Positions 63,762 to 64,000 of a stretch of 64,000 nt of DNA are shown here, piece by piece. The position numbers and the translations under genes were made by a program. This DNA comes from Eledone cirrhosa. Its lineage: Eukaryota. The first letter of the stretch is position 1. Each line of letters starts with the position of its first letter. Location: NCBI GenBank assembly GCA_964016885.1, contig OZ024754.1, positions 38,812,001-38,876,000 of the forward strand. The letters run 5' to 3'. Under the pieces are notes generated by a model. The model did not search any database and was not told where the DNA came from. It was given only the letters and a program-made list of their open reading frames with translations.

Positions 63762-64000
63762 TGTTGGTTGTTGTCTACACACTGACATAACAACCAGAAT
63801 GTAGAGGACAGCACTGTGTTGGTTGTTGTCTACACACTGACATAATAACTAGAATGTAGAGGACAGCACTGTGTTGGTTGTTGTCTACACACTGACATAA
63901 CAACTAGAATGTAGAGGACAGCACTGTGTTGGTTGTTGTCTACACACTGACATAACAACCAGAATGTAGAGGACAGCACTGTGTTGGTTGTTGTCTACAC
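63762..64000. repeat. 55-bp minisatellite running off the window end
   Basis: tgttggttgttgtctacac recurs every 55 bp. Confidence 0.93.

Overview
Repeat-rich, AT-rich eukaryotic DNA. The SINE and RTE-LINE repeat families look like those of octopod cephalopods (inference from recall, not a database result). Two convergent spliced genes can be rebuilt from GT-AG sites and consistent exon phases. (1) On +, the 3' half of a MACROD1/2-type macrodomain ADP-ribosylhydrolase: exons at 2809-7341, including 21-nt and 31-nt microexons, plus two phase-compatible candidate last exons at 8400 and 19278. (2) On -, the complete six-exon reticulon homology domain (53604-34909), ending in a KxKxx ER-retrieval motif. 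Almost all long ORFs in the supplied track are translations of micro- or minisatellites. The rest is tRNA-derived SINEs, RTE/CR1/L1-like LINE fragments, piggyBac/hAT/Tigger MITEs, about 10 minisatellites and a Penelope-like (GIY-YIG) element. The most interesting unannotated signals are: at least five minimal type-I hammerhead ribozyme motifs from three families, one in sense orientation downstream of the reticulon stop; a 6-nt in-frame microexon with consensus splice sites in the last reticulon intron; a series of long fold-back hairpins in the MACROD introns; and a spliced-looking block with a 43-aa ORF upstream of reticulon. All coordinates were read by eye, and no structure or expression claim has been tested.
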